Virus record (IMG/VR): IMGVR_UViG_3300037042_003932
Coordinates: 1 to 64,000 of that record
From: a virus
Direction: 5' to 3' (one strand)
DNA: 64,000 bases
The notes below the pieces were generated by a model. That model was not told the DNA's origin, ran no database searches, and worked only from the letters and a program-made list of their open reading frames with translations. The translations under genes and the position numbers were made by a program. Shown piece after piece: positions 27,294 to 37,525 of this stretch. The stretch's first letter is position 1; the number at the start of each line of letters is the position of its first letter.

Positions 27294-30200
27294 TTCTTCT
27301 CACCAATCGTTACGCGAGTACCTAGGGTAATTTTACTGTCATGATACGCCTTCATCGCATCGGCCTGTGTAGCGAAGTGAACAGGAGCATTATGCTCGTC
27401 CTGTTTGCTCGCGTGTGTCAGTCCCATTGTCGCTTCCTGTCTCGGGAAAACAAAAAGGTCTGACCTCGACTTATCCCCGTACAGCGTGTTCGACAGCGTC
27501 ATCTTTTTGACGTCTTCAATCGCAGCATTCGACACCGGAGTATGAACCATCATCGTGTCACCGTCGTAGTCGGCCCCGTGGGCGACTTCAATGAACGGGT
27601 TCACCCGGATAGTCTGACCGGCTACCGGAACAGGGAATGCCCCCGTGATATTGAAACGATGCAGCGTAGGTGCCCGGTTGAGCATGACGGGACGTTCCTT
27701 TATCTCGCGCTGGAACGCTTCTTTTGCTACCGGGTGTCGAGCCTTAATCATCTCTTGTGCTGTTAACGGGGAATACCCCTGTAACACGAGACGCCGGATC
27801 AAGAATTTCTCATACATCGTCCAGATCATATCTTCCGGAAGACCCACTTCGTCCAACCCCAAGTTGCTATCGGGCACAATGGTTCCGCGTCCCGCGACAT
27901 CCTGGGTCTTCTTCATGAGCTTCGATTGGAAATATCCGAACTTGGGACTCCCAGCTCCTGCGATGTACGTCAAGAACCCTTTGTGCCCTCGAGCTTGGGA
28001 CTTGGTGGTGACTGGGTCGTTCACTCCGTACACCGCACCAACAGCTTGATGAAGCATGGGCCGTAGCTTTGCCTCTTCAAAAGGCATGGTTCCTGCGCTC
28101 TTAACTTCCTTGAACTGGTTGTTCACAAAAAGGAGATCCCGGTAAAGCGGGTTAATGTCTCCATAAATGAGTTCTTGACCGCCCTTACCTGGAATGACAG
28201 GACGTACAGATGGAGGGACAACAGGAATCTTTGAGATAATGTACGCATCTCCTGGGGATAGATTCTGTGACTTCAACGCCCTGACGTACTTGAGCTGTTT
28301 GACAACCCCATCGAGGTCAGCACCCTTGGCCTTCTTACTCTTCTCTTCCAGCTCTTTCTGCTTCTTGTCCAAGTCGATCTTGTTCAACTCAGAACGTAAG
28401 AACCCTGCGCCCTTGTCGTTGATTGTCTCCGTCAATTTCGTTCCAGTCATCCCCAAGAAACGTCGGACCGGCTCTGCGAAGATCGGATTGACGATGGGCT
28501 CCGCGAGCTCGATGTGTGCCCACCGGTCTCCCTTGAGGCCCCCGGTAATGCCTGGGTCAAAAAGACCCCCCTTCTCGGGCTTGAGGTCTTTCGCACGGAC
28601 GAGCTTTGGTTCAAGAATCTCACCAGAGGACATCTTCAGCGTGTCGCGGTCCGTCAACGGGCCGAGAGCGATATTTGAACCGGAACGCGTTACCTTAACT
28701 CCTGCTCCAACAAGCATGTTCAAGAACTTGTCTGACGCGAACGACGTCTTGGGTGGGGGTGTAGGATACCCCATCTGCAGAGCTCGCCAGAACTCATCGT
28801 TCTTCTGACTCTTGAGAGTAGACGCTTCGAGCAGAACATTGCGGGCGTTGTGCCCCACAAGAGCCCCGAACTCCATCATGCCCAACGCTTTGGAGCTCGC
28901 ATCACCACCCTTGGTAGGCTGAAGGTTGGCGTCGTAACTCCCGATGTTTCTAGCACTGTAGTTAACGTCGGTGCTCTTAAACGCCTTGAACAAGTAGCTG
29001 CGCCCGACGAAAACCCCAGGAATAGTTTTGCCGGTGGTCGGGTCAAAAACGGTCTCTTTATCCTTGACGTCATGCTTCTTGAGGAGGTCCTTCACGTACT
29101 GAACGTTGTTCCTTCCAGTGAAGTTCTCAAGTTGAATTGGCTTCCCTAGCTTCTCGGCTACCTTCCCTACTGCTGCTTCTAATATCTGCGCAGGATTGAT
29201 ACGAGAGACAACACCTGCAGACGTCACCAACACGTCGATGGGTTTTCCCGATTCATCTTTGACCATGTGGTCGTCTGGGATTATTTGGGAAACAACACCT
29301 TTGTTTCCGAAATTGCCCATCATCTTGTCGCCAATCACCATTGGTTCCTTAACCTTGACTGTGATTGCAATTCTCTTTGGGGTCTTTACGACGTCAATCA
29401 CTTCCCCGGTGTGGTGGTGGTCCCAAATTTCAGAAGCGTTCCGGAATGGCTTCACCAACGCTTTGTGGAGTCGGCCAAGCATAATGTCATCAGGAGTCAT
29501 TGTGGACTTCCTAAGACCAAAAACCACGGGGTCCCCTGCGTTCAGCTTAGTGCCCTTCTTCACGATGCCCTCTGCATCCACTAGTCCGTATTGGTCTCGC
29601 TTGTACTCGTGCCCGTAGTAGACCTGGTGTTTGTCTTTATCAAACGTCATGTCTACGTCTCTCGAGACGATAATCTTGTACATCTTCTCGGACGTCAGCT
29701 TCTTCGAGGCACCCTCACTGATAACGATTGCGTCGTTAGAGTTGGCACCCTTGTAGGGCATGTAAGCCACCGAGAGGTTCTTACCCAACGCAAGCTGCCC
29801 GTCTTTCGTGTAGTTGGACTCAGCCAACATTTGTCCTGCGGACACATGGTCACCCACACGAACTTTGAGGTCGTGGTGCAAGAAAGACTTCGCCGCTAAC
29901 GGGAAGTTAGTCTCGTAGTGAACCGTAACCTCTCCTTTTCCGTTATCCGGCTTTATGTACAAGTAGTCCTTGTCCACACGACTGATTATCCCGGAAACAG
30001 GCGCTCTTGGGTTTATGGTCTCAGCCATGACTGTGACCATCGGCCTACCTGTTTGCGAGATGGACTGTACGTATGGAACTTCCCGATCCACCAAAGACAA
30101 CGCTTGTGTCTGGTACTTAGACCCCATAATCACACGATTGCCCTGGTTGGACTCGAGGAATGGAATCAGATTGGTGGCAGGGCTATACAGCACCGTGGAG

Positions 30201-31648
30201 TGTGGTACTTGGTACTGAACAGAAGACGCCGGTACTTTTCGAACAACTCCGTTCACCAACGCGTCTACTTGCCCCTCAAGCTTCTGTTGAGGGAACGCAA
30301 CTATGTTGTTCTGGATTTGTCCTGCACGGATGAACGTGAGTTTTTTTCCGTTCTTTACGTCGTACATGGGGACGTAGATATTCCCCTTGCTGTCCTTGTG
30401 TAGCATCATCGCTGCTCTGACATCGACGCCCGCACGGAAAGACTCAGGAGTCCGCATAGGGTCAATAGCCCCGATTTGTGTGGGGTGAACCATACGCGCT
30501 TCCATAGGAATAGCTCGCTCTGAACTGATACCGCCTTCACCAAGAGACGTAATACGCATGGAGGAATCGATTAGCTCCATGGGATTTGTCTGCGTTGGCA
30601 CCGAGACTAGCTGGGACGTGTTGATGAATTTCAACAAACCAGGAGTGAACGGAGCTGACGGTATGGCGTTACGTAGATCCTTTTTCGCCTCAATCTTTAT
30701 CGAGGCTTTACGTGCAATATCTCGCGCATCTAGTTTGATTCTCTCTTTGAAGAAGTCGTCGATACCGTACAGAGACTTGAAGTCCAAGTTGTCTCGGTCA
30801 TCAACTTCGTCGTTGTTCTTAAAAATCTTCAACACCTTCTTGGATGCATCCAAGATGACATGAGGCGTTACGTTTTCGTAAGGCTTGCCTAACGTAACGG
30901 CGTTCACCTCAGGGCTCATTGTAGCCTTGGTGTACCTGTTGAAGATTTCTTTTACTTTTTCTTCAGGCGTCGTGAGCTTCAAAGACTCCCGTCCGTAAAC
31001 CGGGACCACCTTGTTGTACAAACGGTCCACGACGCCGCTTACGTTCTTGGGGGCCATTTGCCTGTTTTTCTCAGCCAGGTCTTTTCCCCAAGCAGAAGAT
31101 ATGTCCTCGTGCGTTAAGCCCGCTCTTGTCAAAATGGGGTAGAGTGGAATCTTGGAAGCGCCGTACTCCAACTGCATCTCACCTTGTTCAGGGTCCATGG
31201 TGACGTTGAAGTTCGCCCCTCCCTGCATGTTGAAGTTAGCTTCAAGAATTCCGTTAGCTCTTTTCCGAGCGTAGACTCCCGGCTTAGGACGCACCATGCT
31301 GGAGACTGAGTACTCGTTGCCACCGACAATCAGGGTGTGCCGAGGGGTGAACCATGGGATTTTCGCTAAGGTAAAGTTTTTTATCTTATCAGTCACTTCC
31401 CCTGTAGCGTTGTCCCGTACCGTGATAGTCCCCTTGATGTGTTCGAACAGCGAATTCCCCTCGAGAATCGCCGCCTTCTGTTCTGTCGATGAGTAATCTT
31501 TACCGTGTACAGTGACGTCGCTAACGTTGATGGTCTTGCTTCTCGATTTAATGGGAAATGATTCCTGAATACCCTCCACGACTTTGTTTCGGATGTGTCC
31601 ACGCTTAACGTCAGCTCCGACAAGGAATGGCTGGATATCAGAAGTCAT
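27290..31648 (-). CDS. rpoB: Multisubunit RNA polymerase: beta subunit fused to beta' N-terminal half
   Basis: Beta motifs TPES, LALGKN, DAIVIS, GDKMMGNFGNKGVVS, QPTKGG; then beta' motifs GLFDPGITG, HIELAEP, RGTIVP..VGLP, NRAPTLHR, ADYDGD. Confidence 0.92.
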   Translation of the reverse strand: MTSDIQPFLVGADVKRGHIRNKVVEGIQESFPIKSRSKTINVSDVTVHGKDYSSTEQKAAILEGNSLFEHIKGTITVRDNATGEVTDKIKNFTLAKIPWFTPRHTLIVGGNEYSVSSMVRPKPGVYARKRANGILEANFNMQGGANFNVTMDPEQGEMQLEYGASKIPLYPILTRAGLTHEDISSAWGKDLAEKNRQMAPKNVSGVVDRLYNKVVPVYGRESLKLTTPEEKVKEIFNRYTKATMSPEVNAVTLGKPYENVTPHVILDASKKVLKIFKNNDEVDDRDNLDFKSLYGIDDFFKERIKLDARDIARKASIKIEAKKDLRNAIPSAPFTPGLLKFINTSQLVSVPTQTNPMELIDSSMRITSLGEGGISSERAIPMEARMVHPTQIGAIDPMRTPESFRAGVDVRAAMMLHKDSKGNIYVPMYDVKNGKKLTFIRAGQIQNNIVAFPQQKLEGQVDALVNGVVRKVPASSVQYQVPHSTVLYSPATNLIPFLESNQGNRVIMGSKYQTQALSLVDREVPYVQSISQTGRPMVTVMAETINPRAPVSGIISRVDKDYLYIKPDNGKGEVTVHYETNFPLAAKSFLHHDLKVRVGDHVSAGQMLAESNYTKDGQLALGKNLSVAYMPYKGANSNDAIVISEGASKKLTSEKMYKIIVSRDVDMTFDKDKHQVYYGHEYKRDQYGLVDAEGIVKKGTKLNAGDPVVFGLRKSTMTPDDIMLGRLHKALVKPFRNASEIWDHHHTGEVIDVVKTPKRIAITVKVKEPMVIGDKMMGNFGNKGVVSQIIPDDHMVKDESGKPIDVLVTSAGVVSRINPAQILEAAVGKVAEKLGKPIQLENFTGRNNVQYVKDLLKKHDVKDKETVFDPTTGKTIPGVFVGRSYLFKAFKSTDVNYSARNIGSYDANLQPTKGGDASSKALGMMEFGALVGHNARNVLLEASTLKSQKNDEFWRALQMGYPTPPPKTSFASDKFLNMLVGAGVKVTRSGSNIALGPLTDRDTLKMSSGEILEPKLVRAKDLKPEKGGLFDPGITGGLKGDRWAHIELAEPIVNPIFAEPVRRFLGMTGTKLTETINDKGAGFLRSELNKIDLDKKQKELEEKSKKAKGADLDGVVKQLKYVRALKSQNLSPGDAYIISKIPVVPPSVRPVIPGKGGQELIYGDINPLYRDLLFVNNQFKEVKSAGTMPFEEAKLRPMLHQAVGAVYGVNDPVTTKSQARGHKGFLTYIAGAGSPKFGYFQSKLMKKTQDVAGRGTIVPDSNLGLDEVGLPEDMIWTMYEKFLIRRLVLQGYSPLTAQEMIKARHPVAKEAFQREIKERPVMLNRAPTLHRFNITGAFPVPVAGQTIRVNPFIEVAHGADYDGDTMMVHTPVSNAAIEDVKKMTLSNTLYGDKSRSDLFVFPRQEATMGLTHASKQDEHNAPVHFATQADAMKAYHDSKITLGTRVTIGEKK

Positions 31649-31683
31649 AGGTCTTCCCTTCTCAAAAAATCGTTAGTGCTACC

Positions 31684-31691
31684 GGTATAAG
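31684..31691 (+). promoter_or_regulatory. Candidate promoter element GGTATAAG
   Basis: Intergenic; precedes an RBS and a micro-ORF. Confidence 0.4.
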
Positions 31692-31728
31692 AATACGCAA
31701 CAAGGTAACGCTTATCACAGGAGATAAG

Positions 31729-31779
31729 ATGACAATTACTGAGTTTTTGGGGCTGCTATTCCTAATAATTATGGACTAG
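31729..31779 (+). CDS. Candidate 16-aa hydrophobic micropeptide
   Basis: AGGAG-5nt-ATG; MTITEFLGLLFLIIMD. Confidence 0.35.
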   Translation: MTITEFLGLLFLIIMD

Positions 31780-32302
31780 CAGTTCCAGCGGAGCCGCCCG
31801 TGGGCTCCGCACTCTTATTATCGTATTCTTCCGAAAAGACCTTCTTTGGGTTCGGAGGATACACGGTATCCTTTTCTTTTTCTTTTTGCTTCCGCTCGAG
31901 TTCAGCGATGTGTGCTGGGTCAGCAACCATCCACATGATATGCACACACCGAGCGTCACTCTCTCGACGATTAAAGAACTCTTGCTTCTGTAGGAGGGCT
32001 TTTCCGCTCAAGCAGAGGTTGACTACTTTCTCGTACTCCGCGTTCTCGTTGTGGGGACACGTGTAGTCACCTTCTGAAGGAATCAGAACCTCACCTGAGT
32101 TAATATCGTTACTACACCTGGGACACATGTCGTAGGGCTTCCAGATAACGAAAACTCGGGAAGCGTACTGCACACGGATTTGATCGGCTATTTGGTTCGC
32201 TTCTGTCTTTGGTTGAACGAGGTTTCCCCCTTTGTTTCCACCAAAGACATTCGTGAACTCAAACTTCTGCGCTGACTCTACCTGAGACCTAAAGTCATCC
32301 AT
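31769..32302 (-). CDS. Hypothetical protein with CxxC/CxH motifs
   Basis: 177 aa, coupled to portal; CPRC..CPH. Confidence 0.6.
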   Translation of the reverse strand: MDDFRSQVESAQKFEFTNVFGGNKGGNLVQPKTEANQIADQIRVQYASRVFVIWKPYDMCPRCSNDINSGEVLIPSEGDYTCPHNENAEYEKVVNLCLSGKALLQKQEFFNRRESDARCVHIMWMVADPAHIAELERKQKEKEKDTVYPPNPKKVFSEEYDNKSAEPTGGSAGTASP

Positions 32303-34034
32303 TCATAGTTCCTTGTGCTGGGTCCTGTTGTAGCATCTGGGTATTCTGCAGCTTCAAGCGCTGCACCACGACAGAGTACAATATGAAATCTTCCATTTGC
32401 AACTGGTGCAATCGACTCTTCTTGGCCCCGTACTCCATGCCTGAGAGCTCAGCCACAACCTGATCGGCGTTGGCTATGACCTGCTGCTGGTTATACGAAC
32501 CCGGAGTTGTGTTGGCCTCTTGCTGAGATTGAGCTGCTGCAGCATTTTGCTGCTTCTGCATCTCCATCTGAATCTCATTACTGATACGTGAGCCACGAAG
32601 AGTTTCATTCTTGATACGCTCCTCTTCGCGTTTTGGATCGATTTCAAAAATCTCACACATCGTCGTATCAGACAGCACTTGAGACCCTGTCTGCTTTCCA
32701 GATTGCCACACGTTGTACATGAGTTGCTGTCTCTCAAAATCATCAACCATTCGGAACGGAGTGAGACCCAACTTCACTTTTTCCCAACCCAGGAACTCGG
32801 CGCACTTGTCGTCCATCCACTGCATAAGGTCGACGATGTCAGCGATGTGTGTTGCGAGCTGGTTCTCGATCATGCGCAACGTGGCTTCCATACCTCGACC
32901 AGTAAGACCGCCGTACAAGAACTCCATAGGGATACCGAGAGTTGCGACGATGCTCTTCTCAGCCTCTTGGATTTCACCCAGAGTCAGTAGAGCTCGTCCT
33001 TGCCCACCGAGCTGAACCATACCCACCGGGATAGGCGAGTACATGATATGGAGGGGATCTTTACGGTGTAACCGAATGTTGATGTCGAGTTCGTCGCGCC
33101 ACTTCGACAAGCTAATCTGCTGCACAGGGTCAGCAACCCCAGAAGCCTGAGAGGCGTGGAGAATCCTGAAAGGAACTAGGTAGTCCAACGCGATGGCTTC
33201 GTTAGCCTTACGCAGAATCTGTGTGAAATGGAACCGCTCGAGCGCCGCTAGGATCGGAGGAAGTCCCCACTGCGGATTGATGCCCGCAGGAGCACCCACC
33301 TTCATATGGAAGATTGCGTCACGTGCGAACTTGAAAGGCTTGTGCTCTTTGATTGCCTTCAAGAAGCCAATCGGCATGGTGTCGATGAGCATCTTGTGGC
33401 CTGAGTTCACACGCGAGACAATGGCAGACGGAATCTTGTAGTAGTAAGTTGACTCTCCGGTGAGTGGGTTATGGTCGATGTCGAGGTCCTTGGCGTCCCA
33501 TCGAATGAAATTGATTCCCTTACTCAGCAGGAGCTTCCGGTCCTCGATATTCTCTTCGCCGACTACGGCTCTTTTTTTGCACGAGTTGCATGTGTACGTG
33601 AACTTGAGGTGCGAAACGTCAAATGTGTACGTTGTGTTCTTGATATTCGACAGAGACGAACACGACGGGCACTTAAGGTAACGCACGAATGGTTGATACA
33701 TAGATATGAAAGCGTTACCATAAACGTACTTATCAAGAGAACACTTGATAAGGAATTCACGGACACGCAACGTCTTCTCAAGAAGGTCTTTGTGCTTGGT
33801 CTTGAGATGCTCGTTAACCGTCTCGTAAGTGATCTTCGTGATCGGGTATTCGCCAAACTTACGCAGAGCAGCAAAAATGTGAGGACTTTGGTAGAAGAGA
33901 TACTCACACCAGATAAAGAGCTCTTTTAGCCTCTTGGGCGTGTAGAGCTGCGAATACTGGTAGTACGGATTTGAATGAGTACCATCCATGCCCCCGTGAT
34001 AGGGGTCGAACAAACGCATTGTGTCAGTCGTCAT
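32295..34034 (-). CDS. Probable portal protein
   Basis: 579 aa; DKYVYGNAF, IFHMK..WGLPPI, IVATLGIPMEFL portal-like motifs; zinc-ribbon insert. Confidence 0.65.
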   Translation of the reverse strand: MTTDTMRLFDPYHGGMDGTHSNPYYQYSQLYTPKRLKELFIWCEYLFYQSPHIFAALRKFGEYPITKITYETVNEHLKTKHKDLLEKTLRVREFLIKCSLDKYVYGNAFISMYQPFVRYLKCPSCSSLSNIKNTTYTFDVSHLKFTYTCNSCKKRAVVGEENIEDRKLLLSKGINFIRWDAKDLDIDHNPLTGESTYYYKIPSAIVSRVNSGHKMLIDTMPIGFLKAIKEHKPFKFARDAIFHMKVGAPAGINPQWGLPPILAALERFHFTQILRKANEAIALDYLVPFRILHASQASGVADPVQQISLSKWRDELDINIRLHRKDPLHIMYSPIPVGMVQLGGQGRALLTLGEIQEAEKSIVATLGIPMEFLYGGLTGRGMEATLRMIENQLATHIADIVDLMQWMDDKCAEFLGWEKVKLGLTPFRMVDDFERQQLMYNVWQSGKQTGSQVLSDTTMCEIFEIDPKREEERIKNETLRGSRISNEIQMEMQKQQNAAAAQSQQEANTTPGSYNQQQVIANADQVVAELSGMEYGAKKSRLHQLQMEDFILYSVVVQRLKLQNTQMLQQDPAQGTMNG

Positions 34035-34063
34035 AAGTCCTCCAGTCTCTGAAAGGATAGGAA

Positions 34064-36205
34064 ATGTGTAACAAAGTCAGACTCGTTAGAATTGGTACGA
34101 CGCCTGTCTTCTTAATTCCTGGAAGCAAAAATGACTCCTGGGTTCATGTGTTCGGGTGTCAGTTTGTCGAGCAACTTCGCGGTTGGGTCTGTCCTGCTTA
34201 CCGCCCATTTCTAGACAATGTAATACGAGATATCAGGACACTCAATGAAAATGTCCTAGATGAGAAAACAATTAGCAACGCGTATGAGCAAGCTCCGACC
34301 AAAGAGGACTGGCTCATCCGTCTATCGGACACGCCACCCCCCGGGAAGATCAAGAGTTACGCGCACCAAATAGAAGGAACAGCTGAACTTCTAGCTAACT
34401 ACAGGTGGTATCTCCGCTGGGAAATGGGGACAGGTAAGACGAAAGTTGCTGTTGACGCCCTCACCTATCTCAAAACCAAAACAATTGTTATCTGCCCTGT
34501 TATCGCAATTAACACATGGCACCGAGAAATAGCCCTTCACTCGAATGGTGAGCTGACGTCAACGGCTATAATAGGCACACCAAAGCAAAAACTGAAAAGG
34601 CTGACCGAAGCAAAAGAATTTGACGTCGTAATTATGTCCTACGACACGGCCCGGATGTACAGCGTCCCTAGCATCTGTTCCGAGGCTCAGAGCTTACGTA
34701 AGAAATCTCAGATGGGCACGACCCGAAGTCACGTGCGGGTACTCGACGCCATCGCTCTTCTTCATTCAAAAAAGGACCAAGAGGAACTCTTAGGGGCGTT
34801 CTATGCTGGGAAGGCTACTGCCGATGACGTTGAGAAAGCAGTGGACCGTCTTAACGGAGGAGTCATTCCTTTTTTGTCTGGTCTAACTTTCGAGACGATA
34901 ATCCTCGACGAGGCCCATCGAGTAAAGAACATACGAAGCCAACGGACCAAAGCTATCAGTGCTCTGTCCGCTCGGGCTTCGCGTAGATACCTCTTGTCTG
35001 GTACGCCCACCGTTGGAGACCCGCGAGACTTCTACACACAACTCCGAGTCCTCTTACCTGCTCTCATGCCCGAAGAGTGGCATAACTTTGTTCCTAAGTT
35101 TTGTGATGTCTCGAAGACCAATAAGCACATAGTTCGTGGTTACAAAAATATGCATGTCATTAACGGGAGAGTTAATTCTGTTTCTAGCGAACGAAGACTT
35201 ACCGAGTGCGTGTCACTGCCTCCTAGAACCGATATAAATGTTCACTATTCTTTAACGGGGAAGCAGCTGATGGATTATAACATCGCAATCCACGAGTGCT
35301 GCATACAGGTTGGCTTAGGGAAAGATTTGAAATTCAAGCATGGAGCTATCCGCTTAACCAAAATAATGCAGATGTGTAGCGGGTTTTACTATTTGCCAAG
35401 AGCAGCAACCGGAAACTATTGCGACGAGTGTGACCACCTGTTTGACTGCGTGTCTAGAAACATCGAACCCGGTACCAATAGATGTCTGAACGCAGAGGCC
35501 AAGATTGTTGATGTGTTCAAGTACAAAGAGAATCCGAAGCTGGAAGCGCTCGAAGACCTTTTGGAAGACATCCTAGAGGATGCAGAGCACAAGGTAATCA
35601 TCTGGGGTAACTACACCACGGAGCTCGATGACATCGAGGAGCTTCTTATCAAAATGGGGCACACGTATATCCGAGTAGACGGCACGAATACGCAGCACAT
35701 AAAGAAACACGAAGAACGATTCCAAACAGACCCAAAATGCCGTGTGTACCTCGGGCAGATACATACGGGAATTGCAGTCACGCTTACGGCAGCTAAGTAC
35801 TCTGTTTACTACAGCCGTGCATGGTCTATGGATGCTTGGGACCAGTCGAGGGGACGGAACTTCCGAATAGGCCAAACGCAAAAGACCATCGTGTACAGGC
35901 TGGTGGGAGTCCAGTCAGTTGAAAAGCAACAGCTCATCGCGTTGGATAATCGCCATGATATCGCTGAGATTTTGACAAAGAACGTAGAGTGCATGCTCTG
36001 TGAACAGTACGAAGACTGTTCGGCTAAAGGGATATCGCCTTGGTGTGAGGGGTGTGTCATGGCGGATAAGATGGAAAAGTACATGACTTGTCCAAAGGTT
36101 ATTCAACCTGGGGTAAATGAAACTCCATTAGCTGAATATCTTGAGGACAAACGTGATGCAGGCTATGGTAAACATGAGGAGCAAGACGATGCAGATAACA
36201 TTTAG
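34064..36205 (+). CDS. SNF2-family helicase
   Basis: EMGTGKT, DEAH, SGTP, RVDG, QSRGRNFRIGQ. Confidence 0.9.
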   Translation: MCNKVRLVRIGTTPVFLIPGSKNDSWVHVFGCQFVEQLRGWVCPAYRPFLDNVIRDIRTLNENVLDEKTISNAYEQAPTKEDWLIRLSDTPPPGKIKSYAHQIEGTAELLANYRWYLRWEMGTGKTKVAVDALTYLKTKTIVICPVIAINTWHREIALHSNGELTSTAIIGTPKQKLKRLTEAKEFDVVIMSYDTARMYSVPSICSEAQSLRKKSQMGTTRSHVRVLDAIALLHSKKDQEELLGAFYAGKATADDVEKAVDRLNGGVIPFLSGLTFETIILDEAHRVKNIRSQRTKAISALSARASRRYLLSGTPTVGDPRDFYTQLRVLLPALMPEEWHNFVPKFCDVSKTNKHIVRGYKNMHVINGRVNSVSSERRLTECVSLPPRTDINVHYSLTGKQLMDYNIAIHECCIQVGLGKDLKFKHGAIRLTKIMQMCSGFYYLPRAATGNYCDECDHLFDCVSRNIEPGTNRCLNAEAKIVDVFKYKENPKLEALEDLLEDILEDAEHKVIIWGNYTTELDDIEELLIKMGHTYIRVDGTNTQHIKKHEERFQTDPKCRVYLGQIHTGIAVTLTAAKYSVYYSRAWSMDAWDQSRGRNFRIGQTQKTIVYRLVGVQSVEKQQLIALDNRHDIAEILTKNVECMLCEQYEDCSAKGISPWCEGCVMADKMEKYMTCPKVIQPGVNETPLAEYLEDKRDAGYGKHEEQDDADNI

Positions 36206-36626
36206 CCGGGAAGAATTCGTGGACATGTTGTCCGGGTTATGGGGGATACCACTAGGGGTCGATGACCTTGTACTCGACTTTGACGAAATGACTGGTGACG
36301 TAAAGACGTTCACTGTGAAGGGAATGACCTCCGCGTCCTTGGCGCGTGTTGGCGCTGTAACACAATCGGCAGCACCAACTCCGCAACGGGTAGAGAATCG
36401 AAAGTCGTCCAGTGTCTTTCCGAGTAGTGTCAAGGAAGATGAACCACGAGAGTCTGCTGACGACATCAATCTCGACGACGTTATCAGGTTGAGCCATGAA
36501 CTAGCGCTTCAAGGACAACCACGGTCAGACAAAAGTCCTGATAACAACCAGAACGAACTTCTTATGTACCCTGGAGCCAGCGATACGTTCCCGCTTGACT
36601 TCGCGAATCAAGTTCTCGGAAAATAG
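36189..36626 (+). CDS. Hypothetical protein
   Basis: GAGGAG RBS before ATG 36189 (MQITF). Confidence 0.6.
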   Translation: MQITFSREEFVDMLSGLWGIPLGVDDLVLDFDEMTGDVKTFTVKGMTSASLARVGAVTQSAAPTPQRVENRKSSSVFPSSVKEDEPRESADDINLDDVIRLSHELALQGQPRSDKSPDNNQNELLMYPGASDTFPLDFANQVLGK

Positions 36627-36630
36627 GCTA

Positions 36631-36640
36631 TACGCCGTAA
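36631..36640. repeat. Palindromic motif TACGCCGTAA (dispersed family)
   Basis: Lies in a 29-nt intergenic gap just before an RBS. Confidence 0.55.
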
Positions 36641-36655
36641 ACTCAGGAGGAAAGC

Positions 36656-37525
36656 ATGTCTGAAGAAGACGATGTGAAAGAAACACGTGCGTCTGATCGT
36701 AAGTTCGAATATCCCGAAGGTTTCCTAGACCCCCTACTCCCCAAAGGCGTGATGTCTCCCTCGCAGGTCGGTATGTACCAGCGATGCCCTCGTCAGTACG
36801 AGTACAGGTACATCCTCGGTACCGTAGAGGCTCCTGGGATTTCCATGGTAAAGGGGACCGCTATCCACAAGGGAGCAGAGGTCACACACAGAAGGATGAT
36901 CGAGACTGGATCTCCACCGGATGTCAAGGAGTCTATGCAGGCAGTGGCCGACTGCTTCGCGGTTGAGTCGGTGTTCATTGAAAACTGGGAAGGGTTTGAC
37001 CCCGGCATTGTCAAAGACAAAGCGATCTACGGTTACGCGGCGTACCACCGCCAAGCAGTCCCCCTCATAAAGCCCGTTCACGCTGAGAAGACATTCGCCA
37101 TAAAGGTCGGGGGTGTTCCTGTCCGAGGGGTAATCGACCTCATCGATAGCGTTAAAGATACCGAAATGTCTCTGGAAAATGACCCAGAGAACCCCCGTAT
37201 GGTCGAGGTAGTTTCGGACTTAAAGACCACTACGAAGAAATGGCCGGAACAAAAAGTCCGTTACACGCATCAGTTAACCTTTTATGCTCTTGCAGAGGAC
37301 ACGAATAAGGTTAGAATCGATTTCTTAGTTGACCTTAAAGCAGGTCCTAAGTACGAACAAGAGCGATCTGAGCGAACATTACTCGATAAACAATTGCTGG
37401 CGGAAGACGTGGCCCAAGTGGCGGAACAGATCAAAAAAGGAAACTTCCCTAGGTGTGACCCCACGTCGTGGGCATGCACTGAAAAGTTCTGCGGGTATTC
37501 CAAAACATGTCGAGGACCAAGATGA
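36656..37525 (+). CDS. PD-(D/E)XK nuclease, Cas4/AddB-like
   Basis: SPSQ..CPRQ, GTAIH, RGVID, DLKT, QLTFY, C-terminal C..C..C. Confidence 0.85.
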   Translation: MSEEDDVKETRASDRKFEYPEGFLDPLLPKGVMSPSQVGMYQRCPRQYEYRYILGTVEAPGISMVKGTAIHKGAEVTHRRMIETGSPPDVKESMQAVADCFAVESVFIENWEGFDPGIVKDKAIYGYAAYHRQAVPLIKPVHAEKTFAIKVGGVPVRGVIDLIDSVKDTEMSLENDPENPRMVEVVSDLKTTTKKWPEQKVRYTHQLTFYALAEDTNKVRIDFLVDLKAGPKYEQERSERTLLDKQLLAEDVAQVAEQIKKGNFPRCDPTSWACTEKFCGYSKTCRGPR

